NCBI GenBank assembly: GCA_963667785.2
Contig: CAXXMU010000001.1
Span: 128,001-192,000, forward strand
DNA from: Alphaproteobacteria bacterium
Lineage (GTDB): Bacteria > Pseudomonadota > Alphaproteobacteria > UBA828
Reading direction: 5' to 3'
DNA length: 64,000 bases
A model generated the notes under the pieces. That model worked only from the letters and a program-made list of their open reading frames with translations. It searched no databases and was not told the origin of the DNA. A program made the position numbers and the translations under genes. Below are positions 37,597 to 47,577 of this stretch, one piece after another; the first letter of the stretch is position 1, and each line of letters opens with the position of its first letter.

Positions 37597-40594
37597 CCCG
37601 CTTCGCTCCTTCCGGATCGTAGAACACGGGCTCCGTGATCTTGCAGGGCAGGAAGCGGCCGTCGGGCGCCGCGTGGACCGTCTCGCCCATGCGGGCGCGG
37701 CCGCGCCGCACCAGGGCTAGCGCGATGGAGCGGCCGAGCGTCGGGCTCATGTAGCTGGAGCTGACGTGGCCGATCATCGGCACCGGCGCCCGGCCGGGTT
37801 TGTCGACGAGCTGCGTGCCTTCGGGCAGCACCTCCTTCGGGTTCTCGGTCAGGATGCCGACGAGCTGCTTGCGGTCCTCGCGCAGGTTGTCCGCCCGGCT
37901 CCAGGCACGCTTGCCCAGGAAATCCGGCTTCTTCTTGGAGACGATCCAGTCCATGCCGAGGTCCTGCGGCGTGGTGGTGCCGTCGGTCTCCTGGCCGACG
38001 ATGATGAAGCCGCGCTCGGCCCGGAGCACGTGCATCGCCTCGGTGCCGTAGGGCGTGATGCCGTGCTCCGCGCCCGCCGCCATCAGCGCCTCCCACGCGT
38101 GGCGCCCGTGGTGCCAGGGCACGTTGATCTCGAAGCTGAGCTCGCCGGTGAAGCTGATGCGGAAGACGCGCGCCGGGACGTCGGCGACCGTGCTCTCCTT
38201 CACGCTCATGAAGGGGAAGGACTCCGCATCCAGCGCGAGCGCGGGCGCCACGGCTGCGAGCACGTCGCGGGCCCTGGGGCCGGCAAGGGCCACGGTCGCC
38301 CATTGCTCGGTGACCGAGGTGCACCAGACCCTCATCTCGGGCCATTCCGTCTGCAGCCATTCCTCGAGCCACTCCAGCACGTGGGCGGCGTTGCCGGTGG
38401 TGGTGGTCATCAGATAGCGGTTCTCGCCGAGCCGCGCTGTCGTGCCGTCGTCGAAGACCATGCCGTCGTCGCCGCACATGAGCCCGTAGCGCACCCGGCC
38501 CACCTTCAGCGTCGAGAAGGCGTTGGTGTAGACCATGTCGAGCATCCGGGCCGCGTCCGGCCCCTCGATGGCGATCTTGCCGAGGGTGGAGGCGTCGAGC
38601 AGGCCGCAGGCCTCGCGCACCGCCCGGCATTCCCGCGCCACCGCCGCGTGCTTGTCCTCGCCGGGCTCGGGATACCACCAGGGCCGGTGCCACTGGCCGA
38701 CCGGCTCGAACACCGCGCCGCGCTCCTCGTGCCACTCGTGCATGGCGGTGCGCCGCACCGGGTCCATCAGGTCGCCGCGATCGCGGCCTGCCAGCGCGCC
38801 GAAGGTGACCGGCGTGTAGGGCGGCCGGTAGGTGGTGGTGCCGACCTCGGGCACGGTCTTGCCCAGGGTGGCGGCGAGGATGGCGAGGCCGTTGACGTTC
38901 GCCGTCTTGCCCTGGTCGGTGCCCATGCCGATGGTGGTGTAGCGCTTGACGTGCTCGACCGACCGGAAGCCCTCGCGCGCCGCGAGCCGGATGTCGGCCG
39001 CGGTCACGTCGTCCTGGTGGTCGACCATGTGCTTGGCCTTGCCGTGGCCGAGGGGCTTCAGGCCCGGCGCGAGCCAGTATGGCGTGACGGCGCCGGGCTC
39101 GGGCGCGTCCGTCGGCGGTGGCGGCGGTGGCGAGCCGTCGCCGAAGCCCGCCGCCCGAGCGGCCTCCGCGCCGGCGGCGCCGCCTTCCGCGAGGCAGGAG
39201 GCGAGGCCGAAGCTGCCGCCGGCGGCACCGGCAACCTGAAGTGCCTGCGTGGCCTCGCCCGGCAGCAGCACGCCGCGCGCCTCCTCGAAAGCCAGCCGGC
39301 CGCCCGACTGGCAGAAGAGATGCACCGCCGGGCTCCAGCCGCCGGAGACCAGGACGCTGTCGCAGTAGATGCGGTACCGCTCGCGGCTCAGTCCGCCGTC
39401 CTCGCCGAGCTTCGCGACGGTGACGGAACCCACCCGCTTCGCGCCGTGGGTGGCGGCGATGACGGAGCCGGTGTGGAGCGCAGCGCCCGCCTCCCTCAGC
39501 GCCGCTGCCAGTGGCGCCGCCGGCTCCGGCCGGCAATCCACCACCGCGCCGACGGTGCCGCCGGCCTCGACGATATCGTGCGCCGCCTCGTAGGCCGCGT
39601 CGTTGTTGGTAAACAGCACGGCGCGCCCGCCCGGCAGCGCCGCGTACTCGTTGACGTAGCGCTGGGCCGCGGAGGCCAGCATGATCCCGGGCCGGTCGTT
39701 GTCGGCGAAGACGAGCGGACGCTCGTGGGCGCCGGTGGCCAGCACCACCCGGCCAGCCTTGATGGTCCAGAGGCGCTGGCGGCTCGTGCCGGCTGGCCTG
39801 CGCGAGCCGAGATGATCGGTGCGGCGCTCCACCGCGCTGAGCGTGTTGTGATCGTAGTAGCCGAAGAGCGTGGTGCGGGTCAGCACGCGCACCTCCGGCA
39901 TGGCGGCGAGCCGCGCGGCCGAGGCTTGCGCCCATTCCGTGCCGTCCACGCCGTCTACGCGGTGGCGGAGGCCCTGCAGCGCGCCGCCGAGCGCCGGCTG
40001 CTCGTCCACCAGCACGACGCGCGCGCCGGCCTCGCCTGCGGCGAGCGCGGCGGCGATCCCGGCCGGGCCGGCGCCCACCACCAGCACGTCGCAGTGGGCG
40101 TGCATCCTGTCGTAGCTGTCGGGGTCCGGCGCGTCCGGCGCGTGGCCGAGCCCCGCCATGCGCCGGATGGCGGGCTCGTAGAGCGCCTTCCAGAACGACG
40201 CCGGCCAGAGGAAGGTCTTGTAGTAGAAGCCGGCCGGGAAGAGCGGGGCGAGCCGCCCGGTCCAGGCGGCGAGGTCGCAGGACACGCTCGGCCAGGCGTT
40301 GACACCCGAGGCGACGAGCCCGTCGTAGAGCTCGACCTGGGTCGCGCGCAGGTTGGGCTCCGTGCGCGCGCCCTCGCCGAGCTGCACCAGGGCGGAGGGC
40401 TCCTCGGCGCCGGCGGTGAGGATGCCGCGCGGCCGGTGATACTTGAAGCTCCGGCTTGTGAGGTGGGTGCCGTTCGCGATCAGCGCGGACGCGAGCGTAT
40501 CGCCGGCGAAGCCCCGGTAGCGGCGGCCGTTGAAGGTGAAGTCGAGCGGCTTCGTGCGGTCGATCCGCCCGCCCTGCTCGAGGCGGAAGCCCAC
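37589..40594 (-). CDS. soxA: Sarcosine oxidase alpha subunit
   Basis: GDTLASAL, RSFKYHRPRG, KRYTTIGMGTDQGK, GcvT-like C-terminus; GTG start 40594. Confidence 0.96.
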   Translation of the reverse strand: MGFRLEQGGRIDRTKPLDFTFNGRRYRGFAGDTLASALIANGTHLTSRSFKYHRPRGILTAGAEEPSALVQLGEGARTEPNLRATQVELYDGLVASGVNAWPSVSCDLAAWTGRLAPLFPAGFYYKTFLWPASFWKALYEPAIRRMAGLGHAPDAPDPDSYDRMHAHCDVLVVGAGPAGIAAALAAGEAGARVVLVDEQPALGGALQGLRHRVDGVDGTEWAQASAARLAAMPEVRVLTRTTLFGYYDHNTLSAVERRTDHLGSRRPAGTSRQRLWTIKAGRVVLATGAHERPLVFADNDRPGIMLASAAQRYVNEYAALPGGRAVLFTNNDAAYEAAHDIVEAGGTVGAVVDCRPEPAAPLAAALREAGAALHTGSVIAATHGAKRVGSVTVAKLGEDGGLSRERYRIYCDSVLVSGGWSPAVHLFCQSGGRLAFEEARGVLLPGEATQALQVAGAAGGSFGLASCLAEGGAAGAEAARAAGFGDGSPPPPPPTDAPEPGAVTPYWLAPGLKPLGHGKAKHMVDHQDDVTAADIRLAAREGFRSVEHVKRYTTIGMGTDQGKTANVNGLAILAATLGKTVPEVGTTTYRPPYTPVTFGALAGRDRGDLMDPVRRTAMHEWHEERGAVFEPVGQWHRPWWYPEPGEDKHAAVARECRAVREACGLLDASTLGKIAIEGPDAARMLDMVYTNAFSTLKVGRVRYGLMCGDDGMVFDDGTTARLGENRYLMTTTTGNAAHVLEWLEEWLQTEWPEMRVWCTSVTEQWATVALAGPRARDVLAAVAPALALDAESFPFMSVKESTVADVPARVFRISFTGELSFEINVPWHHGRHAWEALMAAGAEHGITPYGTEAMHVLRAERGFIIVGQETDGTTTPQDLGMDWIVSKKKPDFLGKRAWSRADNLREDRKQLVGILTENPKEVLPEGTQLVDKPGRAPVPMIGHVSSSYMSPTLGRSIALALVRRGRARMGETVHAAPDGRFLPCKITEPVFYDPEGAKRDG

Positions 40595-40899
40595 TAGGCG
40601 CCCTCCGCCCCGTCGCCGGGCTGCCTCGGCGTCTCCGGCCGCGGCGCGCCCATGGGATAGATCGCGAGCACGTCGTTGCTGACCGTGTGGCGGAGCACGT
40701 TGAACCAGCGCCGGCAGCCGTCCCGATGCATCCAGCGCTCGGCGTGGACCCCCTTGGGGTTGGTCCGCATGAAGAGATAGTCGGCCCAGCCGGCATCGTC
40801 CGTCGCCGCAGGCTCGGGCCGGGCGATGTGGGCCTCGCCGCCGTAGCGAAACTCGGTCTCGGGCCGTGGGCCGCACCAGGGGCAGTCGATCCAGAGCAT
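40594..40899 (-). CDS. soxD: Sarcosine oxidase delta subunit
   Basis: MLWIDCPWCGPRPETEF...ERWMHRDGCRRWFN. Confidence 0.95.
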   Translation of the reverse strand: MLWIDCPWCGPRPETEFRYGGEAHIARPEPAATDDAGWADYLFMRTNPKGVHAERWMHRDGCRRWFNVLRHTVSNDVLAIYPMGAPRPETPRQPGDGAEGA

Positions 40900-40910
40900 G
40901 GCGTGCGTCC

Positions 40911-42161
40911 CTAGTGCGCCACGGCCGCCGCCGCGTGCTCGTCGATCAGCGTGCCCGAGGTGAAGCGGTCCAGTGCAAAGGGGGCGTTGAGCGGGTGCGG
41001 CTCGCCGGTGGCGATGGTGTGCGCCAGCACCCAGCCGGAGCCCGGCGTCGCCTTGAAGCCGCCGGTGCCCCAGCCGCCGTTGATGAAGAGCCCGTCCACG
41101 GGCGTCTTGCCGATGATGGGTGAGGCGTCCGGGCAGACGTCCACGATGCCGGCCCAGGAGCGCATCATGCGCACCCGGCTGAAGATCGGGATCAGCTCGA
41201 CGAGCGCCCCCATCTGGTCCTCGATGGTGTGCAGCCCGCCGCGCTGGCCGTAGGAGTTGGGCGGGTCGAGCCCGGCGCCGATCACCAGCTCGCCCTTGTC
41301 GGACTGGCTGACGTAGACGTGCACGCCGTTCGACATGATGACGCAGTGGAGCACCGGCTTGAGCGGCTCGGAGACCAGCGCCTGCAGCGGGTGGCTCTCG
41401 ATCGGCAGCCGGAAGCCCGCCATCGCCGCCAGCACCGAGCTGTGCCCGGCGACCACGATGCCGACCCTGCGCGCCGCGATCGCCCCTTGGGTGGTCTGCA
41501 CCCCGGTGACCCTGCCGCCATCCACGTCGATGCCGGTGACCTCGCAGTTCTGGATGATGTCGACGCCGCGGGCGTCGGCTGCGCGGGCGAAGCCCCAGGC
41601 GACGGCATCGTGGCGGGCGTTGCCGCCGCGCCGCTGCAGGGTGCCGCCCATGATCGGGTAGCGGGTCGTCGGCGCCGTGTTGAGGATGGGGCAGAACGCC
41701 TTGACCTCGTCCGCAGACAGGAGCTCGGCGTCCACCGCGTTGAGCCGGTTGGCGTTGACGCGTCGGGTCGCCTCCTGCAGGTCGTGGACGTTGTGGATCA
41801 GGTTCAGCACGCCGCGCTGGCTGAACATCAGGTTGTAGTTGAGCTCCTGCGCCAGCCCCTCCCACAGCTTGAGCGAATGCTCGTAGAGCGCGGCGCTCTC
41901 GTCCCACAGGTAGTTGGAGCGGATCACCGTGGTGTTGCGCCCGGTATTGCCGCCGCCGAGCCAGCCCTTCTCCAGCACCGCGACGTCGGTGATGCCGTGC
42001 AGGGCGGCGAGGTAGTAGGCGGTGGCCAGCCCGTGCCCGCCGGCGCCGATGATGACGACGTCGTAAGCCGGCTTCGGCGCAGGGCTCCGCCACTGCTCCG
42101 GCCAGCGCTCGTGGTGGCTCAGCGCGTTGCGCGCGAGGCTGAAGATCGAGAACTTCGTCAT
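40911..42161 (-). CDS. soxB: Sarcosine oxidase beta subunit
   Basis: [37 protein letters not shown]. Confidence 0.97.
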   Translation of the reverse strand: MTKFSIFSLARNALSHHERWPEQWRSPAPKPAYDVVIIGAGGHGLATAYYLAALHGITDVAVLEKGWLGGGNTGRNTTVIRSNYLWDESAALYEHSLKLWEGLAQELNYNLMFSQRGVLNLIHNVHDLQEATRRVNANRLNAVDAELLSADEVKAFCPILNTAPTTRYPIMGGTLQRRGGNARHDAVAWGFARAADARGVDIIQNCEVTGIDVDGGRVTGVQTTQGAIAARRVGIVVAGHSSVLAAMAGFRLPIESHPLQALVSEPLKPVLHCVIMSNGVHVYVSQSDKGELVIGAGLDPPNSYGQRGGLHTIEDQMGALVELIPIFSRVRMMRSWAGIVDVCPDASPIIGKTPVDGLFINGGWGTGGFKATPGSGWVLAHTIATGEPHPLNAPFALDRFTSGTLIDEHAAAAVAH

Positions 42162-42303
42162 GTGTCGATGCCCGAATACAGGAACCGCTCCGCCCTGTCA
42201 CTGGAAGGTGACGGGGCGGGCCGCGTGCGCGCCTTGACGGGGCAGGGCAGGGGGGCTACTTCTGCGCCTCCCGCGCACAAACTGACTCCGTGGAATTCGC
42301 GCA

Positions 42304-42855
42304 ATGGTCGATGTCGCGATCAAGTCGACGGACGGGCATCCGCTCGTCTTCCTGCCCCAGCACGACGGCTACGCCGACGAGACCCTGCGCACCATCCTGC
42401 GCGGGGTCGAGACCTTCGCCATGGTGGGCGCCAGCACCCACTGGCGCAGGCCCAGCTTCTACGCGATGAAGTACCTGACCAAGAAGGGCTTTCGGGTCAT
42501 CCCCATCAACCCCGGCCGGGCCGGGGAGACGATCCTGGGCGAGACCGTCTACGGCAGCCTCGCCGAGTTTCCCGGCAAGCTCGACATGGTGGATATCTTC
42601 CGCACCTCGGAGGAGGCGCTGGATATCACCAAGGACGTCATCGCGGCCAAGGACGAGAAGGGCATCGAGGTGCTGTGGATGCAGCTCACGGTGCGCAACG
42701 ACCATGCAGCCCAGCTCGCCGAGGAAGCCGGGCTCACGGTGATCATGAACCGCTGCCCCAAGATCGAGTACGCCCGCCTCTCGGGCGAGTTGAGCTGGAG
42801 CGGCATCAACTCGCGGATCGTCTCCGCCAAACGGGCAAGGCCGGTGAAGTCATGA
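42304..42855 (+). CDS. CoA-binding protein (YccU-like)
   Basis: AMVGAS, IPINPG, DMVDIFR, LWMQL, MNRCPKIE; promoter TTGACG-N17-TACTTC at 42234-42262. Confidence 0.92.
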   Translation: MVDVAIKSTDGHPLVFLPQHDGYADETLRTILRGVETFAMVGASTHWRRPSFYAMKYLTKKGFRVIPINPGRAGETILGETVYGSLAEFPGKLDMVDIFRTSEEALDITKDVIAAKDEKGIEVLWMQLTVRNDHAAQLAEEAGLTVIMNRCPKIEYARLSGELSWSGINSRIVSAKRARPVKS

Positions 42856-44177
42856 ACGAGATGCAACGCCTCAAGGCGCAGGGCGCAGAGCCCGCGCTGC
42901 CGACCGATTACGGCATCGAAACGCTCGCCGTCCACGCCGGCGCGCGTCCCGACCCGGTCACCGGCGCGCGGTCGACGCCCATCTACCAGACCACGTCGTT
43001 CGCCTTCGACGACGCCGACCACGCGGCCGAGCTCTTCAACCTGCAGACCTTCGGCTACATCTACTCGCGCATCACCAACCCGACGGTGGCAGTGCTCGAG
43101 GAGCGGGTCGCCGCGCTGGAGAACGGGCGCGGCGCCGTGGCGGCGGCGACCGGCCATGCGGCGCAGTTCCTGGTCGGCGCGACGCTGCTGGAGAGCGGGG
43201 ACGAGTTCATCTCGTCGAACAATCTCTACGGCGGCTCCGTCACCCAATTCGGCGTGAGCTTCAAGAAGCTCGGCTGGACCTGCCACTTCGTTGACATGAC
43301 CGAGCCCGAGAACGTCGAACGGGCGATGACCGACAAGGTGAAGTTCATCTTCTGCGAGGGGCTGGCCAATCCCGGCGGCATCGTCCTCGATCTCGAGGCG
43401 CTCGCCGAGGTCTCCAGGCGCCACGGCGTGCCGCTCATCGTCGACAACACGATGGCGTCGCCCTATCTCTGCCGGCCCTTCGACCACGGGGCCGATCTCG
43501 TGGTCCACTCCACCACCAAGTTCATCGGCGGGCACGGCAACACCATGGGCGGCATCGTCGTCGAATCCGGCCGCTTCGACTGGTGGCAGAACGACAAGTT
43601 CCCGAGCATGACGAAGCCGGACCCGGCCTATCACGGGCTGACCTTCGCCGAGACCTTCGGCGACTTCGGCTTCACCATGAAGATGCGCGCCGTGGCGCTG
43701 CGCGACTACGGCCCCTGCATGGCCGCGCAGGCTGCCTGGAACCTGCTGCAGGGGGTGGAGACGCTGCCGCTCCGCATGGAGCGTCACTGCGCGAACGCGC
43801 TCGCCGTCGCCCGCTATCTGGAGGCGCACTCCAAGGTGGCCTGGGTCTCCTACGCTGGCCTCGAGTCCAACCCCTTCCACGCGCTCGCCCAGAAATACCT
43901 GCCGCGCGGCGCCGGCGCCGTCTTCACCTTCGGCCTCAAGGGCGGCTACGACGCCGGCCTCAAGGTGGTCGACAAGGTCAACATGTTCTCGCACCTCGCC
44001 AATATCGGCGACACGCGAAGCCTCATCATCCACCCGGCCTCCACTACCCACCGCCAGCTCACCGACGAGCAGAAGACCAGGGCGGGCGCCGGGCCGGACG
44101 TGGTGCGGCTTTCGGTCGGCATCGAGAGCATCGACGACATCATCGGCGACCTCGACCAGGCCCTCGATCAGGCCTGA
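42852..44177 (+). CDS. metY: O-acetylhomoserine aminocarboxypropyltransferase (sulfhydrylase)
   Basis: TPIYQTTSF, YSRITNPT, VHSTTKF (PLP Lys), HLANIGD, HPASTTHRQL. Confidence 0.9.
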   Translation: MNEMQRLKAQGAEPALPTDYGIETLAVHAGARPDPVTGARSTPIYQTTSFAFDDADHAAELFNLQTFGYIYSRITNPTVAVLEERVAALENGRGAVAAATGHAAQFLVGATLLESGDEFISSNNLYGGSVTQFGVSFKKLGWTCHFVDMTEPENVERAMTDKVKFIFCEGLANPGGIVLDLEALAEVSRRHGVPLIVDNTMASPYLCRPFDHGADLVVHSTTKFIGGHGNTMGGIVVESGRFDWWQNDKFPSMTKPDPAYHGLTFAETFGDFGFTMKMRAVALRDYGPCMAAQAAWNLLQGVETLPLRMERHCANALAVARYLEAHSKVAWVSYAGLESNPFHALAQKYLPRGAGAVFTFGLKGGYDAGLKVVDKVNMFSHLANIGDTRSLIIHPASTTHRQLTDEQKTRAGAGPDVVRLSVGIESIDDIIGDLDQALDQA

Positions 44178-44198
44178 CGACCGGGCCTGCCGCGCGGG

Positions 44199-44942
44199 CT
44201 ACGGCTTGCGTGCAGGCTCCGCCGCTGCGCCCGCGCGATCACGGACGGCGAGCAGGCCGCGGCAGAGCGCGCCGTTGAACTCCATGGCGATGCGGACGCT
44301 GGCGAGCGTGCGCAGGTGCTCGTCGAACCCTGCGGCGTCGAGGGGCTCGCCGTCCGGCGTGACGAAGGCGGGCGCCTCGGGCGCCGCCGGGCCGCAGAGC
44401 CGGGCCCTCATCTCCAGGTAGCGGCGCTTGCAGCGGGCGCCGTCGGCGCCTGCGAGCGCGGTGCCCTCCAAAGCGCCGAGCGTCATCGCCGCGAGCGCGG
44501 CCGGGGTGACGTCCTCCGCCAGCAGGGCCCGCAGCAGCGCCTCCTGCCGCCGCTGGAACGCCTTCCGTCGGAAGGTCGTGCGCAAGTTCGCGAGGGTGTC
44601 GTCGTCTCCCGCCTCGCCGAAGGCGGCGCCGAATTCGAGGCCCGTCGCCACGCCCCGGTTGACCTCGTCGGCGCACATGTGCGCCTGCAGGCGCGGGGTC
44701 ACGGCCGTCACCCAGGGCAGCGCCGCGACCGCGTCGCGCATGTCCTCGGCCATCATGTAGGCGAAGTTCGCGGCGCACCAGAAGGTCGGCAGGCGGAAGT
44801 CGAGGGTCACGGCGCCGTCCGCGCCCACCGTCACCCCCTCCACGAAGCCGAGCTCGGTCACCGGCTCGTCGAGCTCCGGATCGGTGACGGTGGCCAGGCA
44901 GGCCAGCACCTCCGCCTCGCGTTCGGCCGCCTGCGTGCTCAC
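44199..44942 (-). CDS. DUF59 / FeS-assembly-P domain protein
   Basis: LATVTDPELDEPVTELGFV, RLPTFWCAANFAYMM. Confidence 0.85.
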   Translation of the reverse strand: MSTQAAEREAEVLACLATVTDPELDEPVTELGFVEGVTVGADGAVTLDFRLPTFWCAANFAYMMAEDMRDAVAALPWVTAVTPRLQAHMCADEVNRGVATGLEFGAAFGEAGDDDTLANLRTTFRRKAFQRRQEALLRALLAEDVTPAALAAMTLGALEGTALAGADGARCKRRYLEMRARLCGPAAPEAPAFVTPDGEPLDAAGFDEHLRTLASVRIAMEFNGALCRGLLAVRDRAGAAAEPARKP

Positions 44943-44988
44943 GACCGTGTCCCCGGAACGCGATCGCCAGCCGGTCGGCCGCCGGGGG

Positions 44989-45999
44989 CTAGCTGCCCGC
45001 CCCGTTCCAGAGCTTCGCCTTGGCCGCGTCGATGTCGATGTCGTAGAGCGCGGCCGCGTTGAGCCCGAGGATCTTCTTCTTCACCTCGGGCGTGAGGTCG
45101 ACGCCGCGCTCCTGCTTGATGTCGTCGGGCAGCTCGAAGCTCCAGAACTTCTCGACCAGCCACTTGGGCGTCCAGATGGCGTAGTCGCTGGCGAAGGTGA
45201 GCTTGTCCTCGCCCACCCAGAACAGCAGCTCGGCGATCACCTCCGCGAAGTAGCGCGGGCGGGCATGCATGAACGGCATGACGACCGCGAGCCCACCCCA
45301 GACGTTCGCTTCCTGCACGGCGATCCAGCAGAAGTCGTCCAGCCGCGGCAGCCCGACATGCTCGACGATGAAGTTGAGGTTGGGGAAGTCCGTCGCCGCG
45401 TAGTCCACGTCGTGGCAGTCGAAGGCGTCCTTGGCCAGCGGCGTGATGGTCGGTCCCTTGTGGACGTGCATGTTGGTGATGCCGAGCTTCTCGCAGAGCT
45501 CGAAGCAGCGGTAGGCCTCGGTGTCGTTGAGCCGCCAGCCGCGCGAGGCGCCGCGCCACTCGGCCGTGTAGAGCTTCACGCCCCGGATGCCGTAGGCCTC
45601 CTTCAGCGCGTGGATGTTCTCCAGCGCGGCCGTGCCCTCGCGCGGGTCGAACGAGCCGTTGAGGATGAAGCGGTCCGGGTGGGCCTCGGTGATGACGGCG
45701 TTCTGCTCCGTGGTGTTGAAGCCCTCGATGTAGAACTCCTTGAGGTAGGTCGGCTGGATGATCGCCATGTCGACCGGCCCGTCGACGAAGAGGTCGCGGA
45801 CCATGGTCTCCGCGTCGTACTTCTCGAATTTCTCCTGGGGCCAGACCTCCTGCTCGGGGCTGAGCGCGCTGTGATAGGCGTAGAAGCAGTCGATGAACTG
45901 CTTGCCGTGGATGTTGCGCTGGTTTGCCGGCGCGGCGTTCCAGAAATGGGTGTGCGCGTCGACGACGAACAGCTCCTCCCCGTCGCTGGTCCTGTACAT
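44989..45999 (-). CDS. Amidohydrolase_2 family protein
   Basis: DAHTH, GVKLY, HVHKGP, IVEHVG, FASDY; SD GGGAG; possible promoter TTGTGT-N16-TACCCT at 46058-46031. Confidence 0.9.
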   Translation of the reverse strand: MYRTSDGEELFVVDAHTHFWNAAPANQRNIHGKQFIDCFYAYHSALSPEQEVWPQEKFEKYDAETMVRDLFVDGPVDMAIIQPTYLKEFYIEGFNTTEQNAVITEAHPDRFILNGSFDPREGTAALENIHALKEAYGIRGVKLYTAEWRGASRGWRLNDTEAYRCFELCEKLGITNMHVHKGPTITPLAKDAFDCHDVDYAATDFPNLNFIVEHVGLPRLDDFCWIAVQEANVWGGLAVVMPFMHARPRYFAEVIAELLFWVGEDKLTFASDYAIWTPKWLVEKFWSFELPDDIKQERGVDLTPEVKKKILGLNAAALYDIDIDAAKAKLWNGAGS

Positions 46000-46071
46000 C
46001 ACCTGCTCCCTTCGGCTGCGACCGAGGGCGAGGGTAGCCGGGCGGGCGCCAAACACAAGCCGCTATGCGAC

Positions 46072-46145
46072 TGTAGGCGCGCAAAAGTCGGGCGGAATCG
46101 GCGCAAATGTCGCTGGGAATCGGCTGGAAAATCGGTCCGGAATCG
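46072..46145. repeat. Putative Mu-type prophage end: TG plus tandem 22-bp transposase-site-like repeats
   Basis: TG at 46072; GCGCAAAAGTCGGGCGGAATCG (46079-46100), GCGCAAATGTCGCTGGGAATCG (46101-46122), degenerate third copy 46123-46145. Confidence 0.7.
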
Positions 46146-46182
46146 GGGCTGAAACGGCCGGGAAATGGGGCGTGCGGTCACC

Positions 46183-47376
46183 CTAGAACAGGGGTATCAG
46201 CCGCACCCGGCCTGTCGTGCCCGGTGTGCCGTCGGAGCCGGCGGTCTGATCCTGACCTCCCGGCGCGGCGGCGCCGCCGTCGCCCGCGTCGCCGCCGGCA
46301 CCGACCGTGAGCGCAATCACGGTCCCTTTCTGCACGTTGTCCAGCCACCGAATGACGATATGGCCATCTCCTCCATCGCCTCCCGCATAAGCCGGAGTTT
46401 GCGGTTCGCCATTCGGCGCACCGGCACTGTTGGACGCACCCGCGGCGCCACCGTCACCACCCGACCGCTCGGCATCGCCGCCATCACCGTCGGCGCTGGG
46501 GCCAACGCTGGAACGTGGATCGCCGAAGTACCGCCCGCCGTCTCCGCCTCCGCCGGGGTCGCCTCCCTGAGCGGTGGAGGTCGTCCCGGCATGAGTCACC
46601 GAGCTCGAGCCGCCCGCGCTGCCGTCAGTTCCGTCCACCCCGCCGTGGCTCCCCGTTCCGCCGCCACCGCCGCCACCGCCGCCGCCGCCGCCGCCTTCAA
46701 TGATCGCCAGCCCCTTCGACGTGTTCCACTCCCACGTGTAGTTGTGGGCGCCAGCGGTCGTGAACTCCCGACTGCTAGCGCCCCCGAAAAAATCCCGCAG
46801 GAGCGCTCCCGTCGCGCCGCCGATGGCCAGCCACTCCGATCCGGTCCATTTGAGGATGACGGCCTCGTACTGCTCCTTGAGGCTGTAGGTGGCGGCCCCG
46901 TTCAGGGTGTCGTTGCCGTTCCCGTCGATCGTCACGGCGTTGGCCGAATTGTCGCTCTTCAGCACCGTGACGGTGAAGCCGTCGTCGCCGGCGCCGAGGT
47001 CGGGGAGGGTGACAGTGCGGGCCCCCCCGCTGGCGTCCACCTCGATGGTCTTGCCGTCGTCGCCGGCGACGACCGCGTAGTTGGCGTTCTTGGCGTCCAC
47101 CGCCGCCGTGACGCCGCCCTGGGCGGCGTCGGCCTTGGCGACGTACTTCGCGCGCAGCGCGTCCCTGACCTGGGTGAGCACCGCCTTGTCGGGCGTGAGC
47201 CCGGCGTCCTCGATGACGGCTTCGAGCTCCTTGAAGAGCTGATAGAAGGCGAAGGCGCCGATCACCGTCGCAGCGATGCCCTGCGGGACGTTGCCCTCCG
47301 TGGGGTTGCCCTCGCTCGCCGCGCTGTCGGCGGCGGGCGCGGCCTGTACCGCGCCGGACTTGTAAGCCTGTTTCAT
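46183..47376 (-). CDS. Tail fibre protein
   Basis: Mu-S-like N-terminal anchor (ATVIGA..YQLFKELEAVIEDAGLTPD..LTQV), central beta domain (TVTLP..GFTVTV..TIDG..DTLNG), Gly-rich C-terminal domain. Confidence 0.8.
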   Translation of the reverse strand: MKQAYKSGAVQAAPAADSAASEGNPTEGNVPQGIAATVIGAFAFYQLFKELEAVIEDAGLTPDKAVLTQVRDALRAKYVAKADAAQGGVTAAVDAKNANYAVVAGDDGKTIEVDASGGARTVTLPDLGAGDDGFTVTVLKSDNSANAVTIDGNGNDTLNGAATYSLKEQYEAVILKWTGSEWLAIGGATGALLRDFFGGASSREFTTAGAHNYTWEWNTSKGLAIIEGGGGGGGGGGGGGTGSHGGVDGTDGSAGGSSSVTHAGTTSTAQGGDPGGGGDGGRYFGDPRSSVGPSADGDGGDAERSGGDGGAAGASNSAGAPNGEPQTPAYAGGDGGDGHIVIRWLDNVQKGTVIALTVGAGGDAGDGGAAAPGGQDQTAGSDGTPGTTGRVRLIPLF

Positions 47377-47390
47377 CGGTGGGTAACTCC

Positions 47391-47576
47391 CTACTCTTCC
47401 GCCCCGGCCTGGCACCCGGTCCCGGCGCTGCACTCGCAGAGCTGCACCTCGATCCACCGGCCGCCGTGCGAGACCTCGTACTTGATCTCCTCGGCGAGGG
47501 CCTCCTCCGGCTTCATGCCGGCCTCGATCGCCGCTGCGACGGCCGGGACCTTGAGCTTGCAGTGACCCTTTCCCAT
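47391..47576 (-). CDS. Small Cys-containing phage protein (61 aa), possible fibre chaperone
   Basis: Fits exactly between two fibre-like genes, starting 1 nt after the upstream stop. Confidence 0.55.
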   Translation of the reverse strand: MGKGHCKLKVPAVAAAIEAGMKPEEALAEEIKYEVSHGGRWIEVQLCECSAGTGCQAGAEE

Positions 47577-47577
47577 A

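Noticed and set aside
42262-42303. SAM riboswitch upstream of the CoA-binding/metY operon
   Set aside because: The leader is only ~35 nt and I see no SAM-II/SAM-alpha or SAM-SAH consensus.
46655-46697. GCC/ACC trinucleotide run as a contingency locus
   Set aside because: It encodes the poly-Gly stretch normal for Gly-rich fibre domains, is interrupted by synonymous variants and stays in frame.
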